A stretch of DNA of 64,000 bases. It comes from a virus (taxonomy: Duplodnaviria > Caudoviricetes). Made by a program: the position numbers and the translations under genes. The first letter of the stretch is position 1. Each line of letters begins with the position of its first letter. Shown here piece after piece: positions 1 to 9,199 of the stretch. The notes beneath the pieces were generated by a model, which was not told where the DNA came from, did not search any database, and saw only the letters and a list, made by a program, of their open reading frames with translations. The stretch covers positions 3,152 to 67,151 of IMG/VR virus record IMGVR_UViG_3300025367_000001; one strand, given 5' to 3'.

Positions 1-5
1 AAGTT

Positions 6-212
6 ATGGAAAAAGAACCTAAGTCAGAAGAGCGCATGGAAGAGTCGAAAGACAAAAAGCAGGACGTCGCCATGATTAAGAAAGCGTTTAAAGAGCACGA
101 TGCTCAAGAACATAAAGGCGGTAAGGGAACTAAAATCTCCCTTAAAGCTGGCGGTAAAGTAAGAGGTTGTGGTATCGCTCAACGTGGTTTAACTAAAGGA
201 AAAGTATTATGA
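6..212 (+). CDS. Small Lys-rich protein, probably virion-associated (may be 5' incomplete)
   Basis: LKAGGKV and RGCGIAQRG motifs; overlaps next start; late-gene context. Confidence 0.55.
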   Translation: MEKEPKSEERMEESKDKKQDVAMIKKAFKEHDAQEHKGGKGTKISLKAGGKVRGCGIAQRGLTKGKVL

Positions 213-415
213 AAGAGACAATGGGACCAAAAACTATGGCTAAAGATGTGGAGAAGTTTCCTCAGTTTGAAAGCCACGATGCTGCTACAACTAAACACGG
301 CGCAGGGCATTTGCCACACCACAAGTTCTTCCAAGAGCACAAAGCTGGCCATGACGTTCATACTGAAGCTGTTCAGAAGTTCTGTGGCGGCGGTATGGGC
401 AAGAAAAGCAAGTAA
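209..415 (+). CDS. Small His/Lys-rich protein
   Basis: Coupled to neighbours; ends FCGGGMGKKSK. Confidence 0.5.
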   Translation: MKETMGPKTMAKDVEKFPQFESHDAATTKHGAGHLPHHKFFQEHKAGHDVHTEAVQKFCGGGMGKKSK

Positions 416-675
416 TGAGAGCGTCTCGCGGTATGGGTGATATAAACCCTGCTAAAGAACCAAAGGCCAAGAAGTCTGCAGTCCTGATGAAGGAAGGCGG
501 AAAAACAAATTGGATCGCGGGAGCTATCAAGAAACCCGGCGCTTTACATAAAGCTTTGGGTGTACCAGAAGGTGAAAAGATTCCGTCTAGCAAACTGGCT
601 GCAGCTGCAAAGAAACCCGGCAAGATGGGTAAGCGGGCTGTCTTGGCGAAAACCTTAAAAGGGTTTAAAAAATAA
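415..675 (+). CDS. Small basic phage protein
   Basis: MKEGG then NWIAGAIKKPGALHKALGV; TAATG coupling on both sides. Confidence 0.6.
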   Translation: MRASRGMGDINPAKEPKAKKSAVLMKEGGKTNWIAGAIKKPGALHKALGVPEGEKIPSSKLAAAAKKPGKMGKRAVLAKTLKGFKK

Positions 676-1613
676 TGTCTACAGCCCTGACAACAGGAAC
701 AACACTATTTAACTTAGACTTAAATGATCTCGTAGAAGAGGCGTTTGAGCGTTGTGGCAGTGAGCTACGTACTGGATACGACTTCCGTACTGCTCGCCGT
801 TCTTTAAACTTATTGACTGTTGAGTGGGCTAACCGCGGCATTAACATGTGGACTATTGAGCAGGGAACAATTAACCTGAACCAAGGCCAGAATACATACG
901 CATTGCCAACTGACACCATTGACTTACTAGAGCACCAGATTCGCACACAAGCTAACAGTGCGGCAAACCAAACGGATATAACCATATCTAGAATTAGCGT
1001 ATCTACATACGCCACTATCCCAAACAAACTAGCGCAAGGGCGGCCGATTCAAGTTTGGATTCAACGCATGTCTGGCCAGTCTAACGACTCCGCATACCAG
1101 CTTGCTGGGGCTATTTCTTCTACTGATACAACGCTTACTTTAACAAGCACAACTAATCTGGCAGCAGCCGGTTTTATTCAAATTAACAATGAGATCATCG
1201 CCTACGGCTATGTATCTGGAAACACACTGGGTTTTTGTGCTCGTGGTCAAGCGAATACAACTGCCGTACCCCACCTTTTAGGCGCTAGCGTAAATGTTCA
1301 GAACCTACCCGCAGTTACAGTCTGGCCTACACCAGACGGTTCACAACCATACCAATTCGTGTACTGGCGTTTACGTCGTATTCAAGATGCCGGCAATGGT
1401 GTAAATATTCAAGACATTCCGTTCCGGTTTGTTAACTGCCTAGTGGCTGGATTAGCCTACTATTTATCTATCAAGCTTCCTGGTGTTGACCCTCAACGGG
1501 TCGTCGGGTTAAAAGCTGATTACGAACAGCAATTTCAACTTGCCTCCGAGGAAGATAGAGAAAAAGCACCTATTCGGTTTGTTCCTCGCAGGATGTTTAT
1601 TGGGGGTTACTAA
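675..1613 (+). CDS. Head-tail adaptor / tail tubular-type protein with an inserted beta-rich domain
   Basis: EAFERCG...ARRSLNLL..EWANRG N-terminus, WPTPD motif, C-terminal EDREKA; position. Confidence 0.55.
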   Translation: MSTALTTGTTLFNLDLNDLVEEAFERCGSELRTGYDFRTARRSLNLLTVEWANRGINMWTIEQGTINLNQGQNTYALPTDTIDLLEHQIRTQANSAANQTDITISRISVSTYATIPNKLAQGRPIQVWIQRMSGQSNDSAYQLAGAISSTDTTLTLTSTTNLAAAGFIQINNEIIAYGYVSGNTLGFCARGQANTTAVPHLLGASVNVQNLPAVTVWPTPDGSQPYQFVYWRLRRIQDAGNGVNIQDIPFRFVNCLVAGLAYYLSIKLPGVDPQRVVGLKADYEQQFQLASEEDREKAPIRFVPRRMFIGGY

Positions 1614-1990
1614 TGCCTAATAAGTTTGCTTCCGGTAAGTTCGCAATTGCAGAGTGTGATCGGTGCGCATTTAGATATAAGTTGGTGGAGCTTCGTACTG
1701 AGATTATTAAGACAAAACCCTACCAGCTAAAAGTATGTAATACCTGTTGGGACCCAGATCAACCTCAGTTACAATTAGGAATGTATCCTATCAATGACCC
1801 TCAAGCAGTGCGGGAACCAAGACGGGATTTGAGTTATGTTCAATCAGGCTTGACGGCGTATGGTTATCAAGCTGGCGGCAGTCGAGATACACAGTGGGGT
1901 TGGGCTCCTGTAGGCCAGGGGTATGACTACAATGAAACACCGAATTATTTGGTTGGGCAAGGGCAAGTAGGAACAGTAACAATTAACTAG
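1613..1990 (+). CDS. CxxC...CxxC hypothetical late protein
   Basis: CDRC and CNTC, DPQAVREPR; TAATG coupling. Confidence 0.6.
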   Translation: MPNKFASGKFAIAECDRCAFRYKLVELRTEIIKTKPYQLKVCNTCWDPDQPQLQLGMYPINDPQAVREPRRDLSYVQSGLTAYGYQAGGSRDTQWGWAPVGQGYDYNETPNYLVGQGQVGTVTIN

Positions 1991-1999
1991 GAGTAGGAT

Positions 2000-2194
2000 A
2001 TGGGATATAAAAGTGCAGCCGATGGCGTAACAAGTAAAGGTAAAACTAAGGGTAAAAACCTTGGGGATTCCGGTTCAGATGTTGGCATCGAAATGGGTAA
2101 AAAAGTTGGTAAAGGCACTGCTGGCGGTAAAACCGATGCAGACATGCTATCAATGGGCCGTAACTTGGCTAAAGTTAAAGCAAACGGAAAATAA
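2000..2194 (+). CDS. Small Gly/Lys-rich protein
   Basis: AGGAG SD upstream; KGKTKG motif. Confidence 0.55.
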   Translation: MGYKSAADGVTSKGKTKGKNLGDSGSDVGIEMGKKVGKGTAGGKTDADMLSMGRNLAKVKANGK

Positions 2195-2196
2195 TC

Positions 2197-2436
2197 ATGG
2201 CAAACAACAAACCAGCTTCTACATACGCACAGCCACACACTATGGGCGGTAAAGGCGTTAATGGCGAGTTACCTGCAGAGTCACTGCAAGTAGGAACCAA
2301 ATATATGGATGAGATGAATATTTCTATTGCTAACGTTAGTAAGGGTAACTACAAGCCGACTAAGACTTCTGGTATAGAAATGCGCGGTGGTAAAGCGCAG
2401 ACTAAAGGCAAAATGTCACGTGGGCCAATGGCTTAA
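2197..2436 (+). CDS. Small basic protein
   Basis: C-terminal KTSGIEMRGGKAQTKGKMSRGPMA. Confidence 0.6.
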   Translation: MANNKPASTYAQPHTMGGKGVNGELPAESLQVGTKYMDEMNISIANVSKGNYKPTKTSGIEMRGGKAQTKGKMSRGPMA

Positions 2437-2448
2437 GGGTAAACCCTA

Positions 2449-2580
2449 ATGAGTAATAAAGCGTATATATACTCGATTGAGAATAAGGTTAATGGTACCT
2501 GCTCAAAAGCAAACGTGTCGCAACTTATAAACAAAAAAGGCAAAGTAGGCGGTAAATATACTTTGGTTAGGGTGGCTTAA
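2449..2580 (+). pseudogene. Internally deleted GIY-YIG homing endonuclease remnant (43 aa)
   Basis: Own translation MSNKAYIYSIENKVNG-TCSKANVSQLINKKGKVGGKYTLVRVA*: start resembles the first GIY-YIG strand, the YIG half is missing. Confidence 0.55.
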
Positions 2581-3519
2581 ATCAATTACGAATCACTCTA
2601 CAACAATATCCAAGCTTATGCTGAGAATACCGAGTCGCTATTTGTGGCGTCTATTCCTGTATTTATTCAGCAGGCTGAAGATCGCATATATAATAGCGTT
2701 CAGATACCTTCGCTACGCAAAAACGTTACAGGTAATGTTAGTAGCGGAAACCAATATTTATCTTTACCTAGCGATTATTTGGCGTCATATTCTGTAGCCA
2801 TTATTGATACTTCAGGTAACTATACCTACCTTCTTAATAAAGACGTTAACTTCCTACGAGAAGCATACCCAAGCGTGACTTATGCAGGTATAGCCTATCA
2901 AGGCACACCTGGTGGGGTCCCGAAATACTACGCGCTATTTGGCTCACAGTACGGCAATATTGATTCTTTGTCTTATATTTTAGCCCCTACACCAGATAGT
3001 AACTACGTTGTAGAGATGCACTATTTTTACTATCCGCCTACCATTGTTCAAGGCCAAATTGCTACTTTGGATACCTTAGTAGGCGGGGCTTCATATACCA
3101 ATGGGGTATACCAAAATGTTCTATTAACCGGTGGTTCAGGCGCTAATGCTACTGCGGACATTGTTATTGTTGGCGGAGTCGTTACATCCTGTAGCCTTAA
3201 GTTTGGCGGTAATTTTTATGTAGTTGGCGATATTCTTTCTTGTTCCTCCCTTGGTTCTACTGGAACTGGATTTTCTATTACGGTAGCTGAAGTTTCTAAT
3301 ACTGCTGGTACTAGCTGGCTTGGGGATAACTACGATCCTGTACTGTTTTATGGTGCAATGCGTGAGGCTATAGTTTTTATGAAAGGTGAGCAAGACATGG
3401 TTCAATACTATGAAAAGCTATATCAAGAAGCCATACAACAGCTTAATCGCCTTGGAACGGGTCTTGAGCGCGGTGATGCTTATCGCAATGGTCAAGCTAA
3501 GATTGCGGTAAATCCATGA
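2581..3519 (+). CDS. Tail tubular/adaptor-type protein with inserted Gly-rich domain; probable ATC start
   Basis: Frame is open from 2581 (INYESLYNNIQAYAEN...FIQQAEDRI); PTPD motif; WLGDN..LFYGA. Confidence 0.6.
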   Translation: MNYESLYNNIQAYAENTESLFVASIPVFIQQAEDRIYNSVQIPSLRKNVTGNVSSGNQYLSLPSDYLASYSVAIIDTSGNYTYLLNKDVNFLREAYPSVTYAGIAYQGTPGGVPKYYALFGSQYGNIDSLSYILAPTPDSNYVVEMHYFYYPPTIVQGQIATLDTLVGGASYTNGVYQNVLLTGGSGANATADIVIVGGVVTSCSLKFGGNFYVVGDILSCSSLGSTGTGFSITVAEVSNTAGTSWLGDNYDPVLFYGAMREAIVFMKGEQDMVQYYEKLYQEAIQQLNRLGTGLERGDAYRNGQAKIAVNP

Positions 3520-3950
3520 CAATATCCCAAGGCCAATGTACTGTATTTAAGACTAACCTACTTAGTGGGTTAGAGAACTTTGCTGTTGGAACACCCTATA
3601 CCTATAAAGTAGCCCTCTATACCGGCAATGCAATACTTAATAGCGCTACAACAGCTTACACTACTGCCAATGAAGTTTCTGGTTCTGGGTATACCGCTGG
3701 TGGAAAACAGCTATTTATTGTGCCGCCTGCATCTGACTTTGTTTCTAGCGTTGCATATCTTTCGTTTTTGCCGGTTACATGGACCGGAGTTTCCTTTACT
3801 ACCAGGTGCGCTTTAATCTATAATAGCACTACGGGCGCATCAGTGGCTGTCTTGGATTTTGGCTCAGATAAAACGAATACAGCGGCAGGAACTTTTACAA
3901 TCACTTTTCCAACCCCTACGGCGACAAACGCCATTATTAGAATTAGTTAA
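3516..3950 (+). CDS. Tail structural protein
   Basis: YKVALYT...NEVSGSGYTAGG...VLDFGSDK motifs typical of phage tail proteins. Confidence 0.6.
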   Translation: MTISQGQCTVFKTNLLSGLENFAVGTPYTYKVALYTGNAILNSATTAYTTANEVSGSGYTAGGKQLFIVPPASDFVSSVAYLSFLPVTWTGVSFTTRCALIYNSTTGASVAVLDFGSDKTNTAAGTFTITFPTPTATNAIIRIS

Positions 3951-3959
3951 GGAGTTTTT

Positions 3960-4571
3960 ATGAACAATGAATTTGCAAGTTGTGGCGATCATGCAGAAAT
4001 TAGCATGCAAGCACAAGCTACTAATCAAGAAACCGTTGGTGTAGAAGGTTACTACCACGTAGAGTGCCGTGATGCTAATGGCAACGTAAAATGGACTGAA
4101 GATTTTCCTAACCAAGTTGTTCAGGTTGGTAAGATTTTTATGTTCCAGCAAACATTATTGACTTCACCTATTGCCTTAGTTGGCCCATATTTAGGTTTAG
4201 TATCTGGCACAGGTAATACTTTTTCACCTACAGATACAATGACTTCCCACGCTGGCTGGTCTGAATTTATTGCGTATACAGTTGGCGGTTCTGCTGTTCG
4301 TGGTACTGCAGTATTTGCAACACCTACTGGCAACAGCAATACAACTCCCGGCTCTAACGTAGTAACAGCTTCTGCAACAGCTATTACTTATACAATTACT
4401 GGCGCTGGTGGTACTGTTGGTGGTTGTTTCCTAGTAACAGGTTCTGGCGCTTCTTCTACACTCAGCAATACAGGCGGTACTTTGTATAGTGCTGGTGCTT
4501 TTGGTACAGCTAAAACTACAACTGCTGGTGATACAGTAAGCGTTACATATTCTACAACTGCTACTAGCTAA
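3960..4571 (+). CDS. Thr/Gly-rich tail structural protein
   Basis: AAGGAG SD; beta-rich composition; tail context. Confidence 0.6.
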   Translation: MNNEFASCGDHAEISMQAQATNQETVGVEGYYHVECRDANGNVKWTEDFPNQVVQVGKIFMFQQTLLTSPIALVGPYLGLVSGTGNTFSPTDTMTSHAGWSEFIAYTVGGSAVRGTAVFATPTGNSNTTPGSNVVTASATAITYTITGAGGTVGGCFLVTGSGASSTLSNTGGTLYSAGAFGTAKTTTAGDTVSVTYSTTATS

Positions 4572-4581
4572 GGAGTCCTAA

Positions 4582-5742
4582 ATGGCTCTAGTAGTTTATG
4601 ACCGGGTACAACAGACTGGCTCTGCTAACACAACCGTAAGCTTTACATTAAGCGGTTCTGTTACAGGGTTTCAGTCTTTCGCTGTTGTTGGTAACGGCAA
4701 TACTACATACTACGCAGCTACAGACTCTTCTGGTAATTGGGAAGTAGGTATTGGCACGTATTCAACTACTGGGCCTACCTTAACTCGTACAACGATTCTA
4801 TCTTCTAGTAACTCAGGTTCTGCAGTTACATTTAGCGGTACCGTTACTGTATTTGTTACATACCCAGCTGAGCGCTCTGTAAACCTTGATTCTTCTGGAA
4901 ACGTTACTGCATTAGGCACTATTAGTTCTGGTACTTGGCAAGGCACTACAGTTGGTGTTGCTTATGGCGGTACCGGTGTTACAACTTCTTCTGGAGCTAA
5001 CTCAGTAGTATTAAGAGACGCTAATCAAAATGTAACTGCTAATAACTTTTTAGCTGGATATACAAGCACTGCAACAGCTGGCGGTACAACAACTTTAACT
5101 GTAGCTTCAACGCAGTACCAACGATTTACTGGAACAACTACACAAACTGTTAAGCTCCCAGATGCAACTACATTGCAAAAAGGATTTGTTTTTAATATTA
5201 ATAATGGCTCAACAGGAAACTTAACTATAGTAGATAACGCATCCACTACATTAGATACAATTATTAGTGGGTCTATTGATAACTGGGTTTTACTAGATAA
5301 TAGTACAACTGCCGGAACTTGGATTGCTTATAGCTTGCTTCCTGCAGCATATGACTTTAATAACACATCAGCAAGTTTTGCGAATGCTAGCATAATTAAT
5401 GCTGTTTGGACTGGTACACAAATTGCAACTAACTATGGTGGTACAGGCTTAGTTTCGTTTAGTGCAGCTAATAATGCTCTTTATTCCACATCGTCATCTG
5501 CTTTAACTGCTGGTACTTTACCGGTGGCTGCTGGCGGTACAGGAATTACAACTACTACTCCATATGCTGTGGTTGCTGGTGGTACAACTTCTACTGGTGC
5601 ATTACAACAAGTATCTGGTTTAGGTTCGTCAGGTCAAGTATTAACTTCTAGTGGAGCTGGCGCACTTCCAACATGGCAAACCCCTTCGGGTGGCGCAACA
5701 AAAGCACAAGCAATTGCTTACTCAATGACATTAGGATTCTAA
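4582..5742 (+). CDS. Tail fibre protein
   Basis: MALVVYDRV...WEVGIGT N-terminal module; repeated GGTG fibre motifs. Confidence 0.7.
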   Translation: MALVVYDRVQQTGSANTTVSFTLSGSVTGFQSFAVVGNGNTTYYAATDSSGNWEVGIGTYSTTGPTLTRTTILSSSNSGSAVTFSGTVTVFVTYPAERSVNLDSSGNVTALGTISSGTWQGTTVGVAYGGTGVTTSSGANSVVLRDANQNVTANNFLAGYTSTATAGGTTTLTVASTQYQRFTGTTTQTVKLPDATTLQKGFVFNINNGSTGNLTIVDNASTTLDTIISGSIDNWVLLDNSTTAGTWIAYSLLPAAYDFNNTSASFANASIINAVWTGTQIATNYGGTGLVSFSAANNALYSTSSSALTAGTLPVAAGGTGITTTTPYAVVAGGTTSTGALQQVSGLGSSGQVLTSSGAGALPTWQTPSGGATKAQAIAYSMTLGF

Positions 5743-5743
5743 C

Positions 5744-6148
5744 ATGGCAAACCCAAACATTGCAGCACTAACCACGATTAACGGCAATACTGCCTATGTG
5801 GTTCCATCTACAACAGCCGCTACAGTAAGCTGGACTTATAACGGCACAACTTCATTAACTGGCCTAACACCAGCGTCTGGCACGGTAAACAAGATTACTG
5901 GCTTGATTGTGTCTAACACAACCGCTTCGGCTGCTTATGCAACGGTTGGTGTAGGAAACAACGCCACATTCGGTTCTGCTACCGTTATTGGATACTTGGC
6001 TTATCAGATCTCTGTGCCAGCCAACGCTTCTTTGATCATAGTTGATAAAACTACTGATCTGTATATCACGGAGAATCAATCTGTTGGCGTGACTTCAGGC
6101 ACTGCAAGTGCTTTGACCTACACAGCAATCTTTGAAGCGATCAGCTAA
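5744..6148 (+). CDS. Tail fibre-associated protein
   Basis: MANPNI...ISVPANASLIIVDK motif; lies between fibre and RCC1 genes. Confidence 0.55.
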   Translation: MANPNIAALTTINGNTAYVVPSTTAATVSWTYNGTTSLTGLTPASGTVNKITGLIVSNTTASAAYATVGVGNNATFGSATVIGYLAYQISVPANASLIIVDKTTDLYITENQSVGVTSGTASALTYTAIFEAIS

Positions 6149-6150
6149 TA

Positions 6151-7365
6151 ATGTCTGAGCGTTACACAGGAGCTTGGCTACAGGACGGAGCGTTTAATCC
6201 TTTATCTGTTCCTGTTCCGTCAAATAAATACATTCAATACGGTGGAGTTTGGACAACAAGCCAAGCCGCTGATGCCGTTGCCTCTGGCACTTGGGCTAAA
6301 GTTACGCAACCGCATTTATATTCATGGGGAGATAATAATAATGGTCAACTAGGATTAGGAAACACAACTAATTATTCCTCACCTAATCAAGTTGGATCAC
6401 TAACCAATTGGCTAAATATTGCTAGTGGATCTTATTTTAGTTTTATTATTAAAACTGATGGCACATTATGGTCTTGGGGGCAAAATGTTTTTGGTCAGCT
6501 TGGACTTAATAATATTACTTACTATTCTTCACCAAAACAAGTTGGCTCTTTGACAAATTGGCTAAATGTATCTTGTGGAGCTTATCATTCTATTGTTACA
6601 AAAACTGATGGCACATTATGGGCTTGGGGTAGAAATAACTTTGGTCAACTAGGTTTAGGCAATACAACTAATTATTCTTCTCCTAAACAAGTTGGATCAT
6701 TGACTACATGGTTATCAGTTGCAGCAAGTTTTTATTATACATTGGCAACCAAAACTGACGGAACATTATGGACTTGGGGTCAAAATAATAAAGGTCAACT
6801 AGGGCAAGGAAATATAACAAATTTATCTTCACCCAAACAGGTAGGATCTCTTACAAATTGGTTATTGGTTGCAAGTGGCGGATATGCTCATACTATTTCT
6901 GTGAAAAGTGATGGAACATTATGGGCTTGGGGCTTCAATAATTATGGTCAATTAGGACTTGGAAACAATGTAAGTTATTCATCTCCTAAACAAGTTGGTT
7001 CATTGACGAACTGGTTAAAATTAACAAAAGGTTTTTATTACACAATGTCCATTAAAACAGATGGTACTTTGTGGTCATGGGGGAATAATCACCGAGGAAA
7101 TTTGGGACTTGGAAATATAACGTACTATTCTTCTCCAAAGCAGATTGGTGCTTTAACCAATTGGCTTAATATTTCCAGTGGCTTTTATTCATCCAAAGCC
7201 ATTAAAACAGACAGCACTTTATGGGCATGGGGAGCAAATACTTTTGGTCAATTAGGGACAAATAATGTAACGTATTATTCATCTCCCGTACAAGTAGGAT
7301 CTTTGACAACTTGGAGTTCGATTACCAGTGGTTTATATCATACAATAGCAATTGCCAAAACATAA
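6151..7365 (+). CDS. RCC1/BLIP-II repeat 7-blade beta-propeller, putative receptor-binding tail protein (paralog 1)
   Basis: Seven ~50-aa repeats KTDGTLWxWGxNxxGQLG...YSSPxQVG. Confidence 0.85.
   Translation: MSERYTGAWLQDGAFNPLSVPVPSNKYIQYGGVWTTSQAADAVASGTWAKVTQPHLYSWGDNNNGQLGLGNTTNYSSPNQVGSLTNWLNIASGSYFSFIIKTDGTLWSWGQNVFGQLGLNNITYYSSPKQVGSLTNWLNVSCGAYHSIVTKTDGTLWAWGRNNFGQLGLGNTTNYSSPKQVGSLTTWLSVAASFYYTLATKTDGTLWTWGQNNKGQLGQGNITNLSSPKQVGSLTNWLLVASGGYAHTISVKSDGTLWAWGFNNYGQLGLGNNVSYSSPKQVGSLTNWLKLTKGFYYTMSIKTDGTLWSWGNNHRGNLGLGNITYYSSPKQIGALTNWLNISSGFYSSKAIKTDSTLWAWGANTFGQLGTNNVTYYSSPVQVGSLTTWSSITSGLYHTIAIAKT
6691..6758 (+). repeat. 68-bp perfect direct repeat, second copy at 9436..9503
   Basis: gttggatcattgactacatggttatcagttgcagcaagtttttattatacattggcaaccaaaactga in both RCC1 genes. 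Confidence 0.9.
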
Positions 7366-7426
7366 TGTTATCCACTATTAACCACTCTTTGTGTATACTT
7401 CAAATCCTTACACGGAGAATAAATAA

Positions 7427-9199
7427 ATGAAAAAACAACTTCACTTTCTTTCTGGGATACCACGTTCAGGCTCTACAGTACTAGCTGCGATCCTTAATCA
7501 GAACCCAGAAACCCACGTCTCTACCACATCTGGTTTGGTACACGCTTTAGATGGCCTTGCAAATACATGGCACTCAGCCGGTCTACTCAATGAAAACGAC
7601 CCAGACCGCAAGAAGTTAGCCCAAACTATGCGTGGCATGATTGATGCGTTCTACGAAGATACTGATAAGCCTGTAGTCATTGACAAGGGACGTGGCTGGC
7701 CTATTCCTATCATTATGGGTGCTATGACGCAGGTATTGGGTCACGCACCAAAAATTATCGCTACAGTACGTCCCGTTCCTGACTGTATGGCTTCTTTTGT
7801 ACGTGTTGCAAAACCAACTGACTTAGATGAATTTATGTACTCTGGACAGCTTGCTGACCACCTTAAAGCTGCGTATATCTCGTTGCAGCAAGGCTATGAA
7901 GCCATGCCAGAGAACTTCCTATTTGTAGAGTATGACAACCTTTTGGCGGATCCTAGAAAAGAACTAGCCCGTATCCATGAGTTCTTGGGTCTGGCTCCAT
8001 TTGAGTATGACCTATCTAACATTGACGGCACTCCAGTTAAAGAAGATGACGAGAACTTGCATGGCTACGCTGGTATGCATGACATCAAGCCAGAGTTAAA
8101 AAAGCAACACTCAGACCGCTCGCAAGATCTATTAAAGCATCACTACAATCAGTTTTGCCAGCCAGAGTTCTGGAATGATAACAAGCGCACTATGCCTGAG
8201 TTAGATGACTTGGATCTCCAGTTAGCAGCGGGTAAAATTGGTGACTTTGTAGAAGGATGGAGACTATCTGAGAAGTTGGCTGCTGAGCGCCCAACAGACC
8301 ATCGTGCAGCGTATAACCGTTCTTGGTATTTGCTCAAACAGGGTAAAGTACGTGAAGGCTATAAAGAGATGGATCGTGGACGTTTTTGTGGAATTATTGG
8401 CGAGCGTCATCCAGACACTCCAATGCCAGAATGGGACGGACGTTCCAAAGGCACAATTTTGCTCTATGTTGACCACGGATTAGGCGATCAGATCCACCAA
8501 GTACGCTATGCAAAAGACTTAGTCGCCCGTGGTAATAAAGTGATTGTTTGCTGTTCTGGTCAATTGGCACAGCTTTTCTCACAAGTCGAAGGTGTCTCTG
8601 CGGTAATTCAGCATGGCGCTGAGTATGGTGTTTACCATGACTTCTGGGCATTTGCTATGGTGGCTCCAAACTACCTAGGATACGAGATGGCTGACCTTAA
8701 AGGTACACCATACATTCCTAAACCGACAGTCATTAAAGGACGCAAGAAGCGTATCGGACTGCGTTGGCAAGGTAATAGTAAGTTTGAAGATGACCACAAT
8801 AAACGTTTCCCATATCAACTCCTGTTTGATGCAGTCTATGGTGCTGACTATGAGTTCATCTCATTACAGCGTGATGAGGGTGCTGAAGCTTGTCCATTAT
8901 GGGTAAAGCGTGTGCCATTAGATAGCTGGCAAGATACTCAGGCTGCCGTAGCAAGTTGCGATTTAGTAATCTCTTCTTGCACTTCAGTAAGCCATCTAGC
9001 AGCCGCTATGGGCATTGAAACTCTTGTCGTAATACCAGTTATGGGGTACTATTTATACGCCCTAGATGGCGATAAAGTACCGTATTATGATTCAATGACG
9101 CTGTTTCGCCAAGAAATATTTGGTGACTGGCAAGCACCGTTTGACCGCATCAAGGCTAAATTAAACGTAGAAAAACCACAGATCAGAATGGTAAGTTAA
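7427..9199 (+). CDS. Sulfotransferase - TPR - glycosyltransferase (GT9-like) fusion
   Basis: GIPRSGSTVL PAPS-binding loop; GLGDQI and DLVISSCTSVSHLAAAMG GT-B motifs. Confidence 0.75.
   Translation: MKKQLHFLSGIPRSGSTVLAAILNQNPETHVSTTSGLVHALDGLANTWHSAGLLNENDPDRKKLAQTMRGMIDAFYEDTDKPVVIDKGRGWPIPIIMGAMTQVLGHAPKIIATVRPVPDCMASFVRVAKPTDLDEFMYSGQLADHLKAAYISLQQGYEAMPENFLFVEYDNLLADPRKELARIHEFLGLAPFEYDLSNIDGTPVKEDDENLHGYAGMHDIKPELKKQHSDRSQDLLKHHYNQFCQPEFWNDNKRTMPELDDLDLQLAAGKIGDFVEGWRLSEKLAAERPTDHRAAYNRSWYLLKQGKVREGYKEMDRGRFCGIIGERHPDTPMPEWDGRSKGTILLYVDHGLGDQIHQVRYAKDLVARGNKVIVCCSGQLAQLFSQVEGVSAVIQHGAEYGVYHDFWAFAMVAPNYLGYEMADLKGTPYIPKPTVIKGRKKRIGLRWQGNSKFEDDHNKRFPYQLLFDAVYGADYEFISLQRDEGAEACPLWVKRVPLDSWQDTQAAVASCDLVISSCTSVSHLAAAMGIETLVVIPVMGYYLYALDGDKVPYYDSMTLFRQEIFGDWQAPFDRIKAKLNVEKPQIRMVS

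Noticed and set aside
7392-7401. TGTATACTTC shared with ~55346 as a late-promoter motif
   Set aside because: Only two copies noticed; compatible with ordinary -10 boxes or chance.
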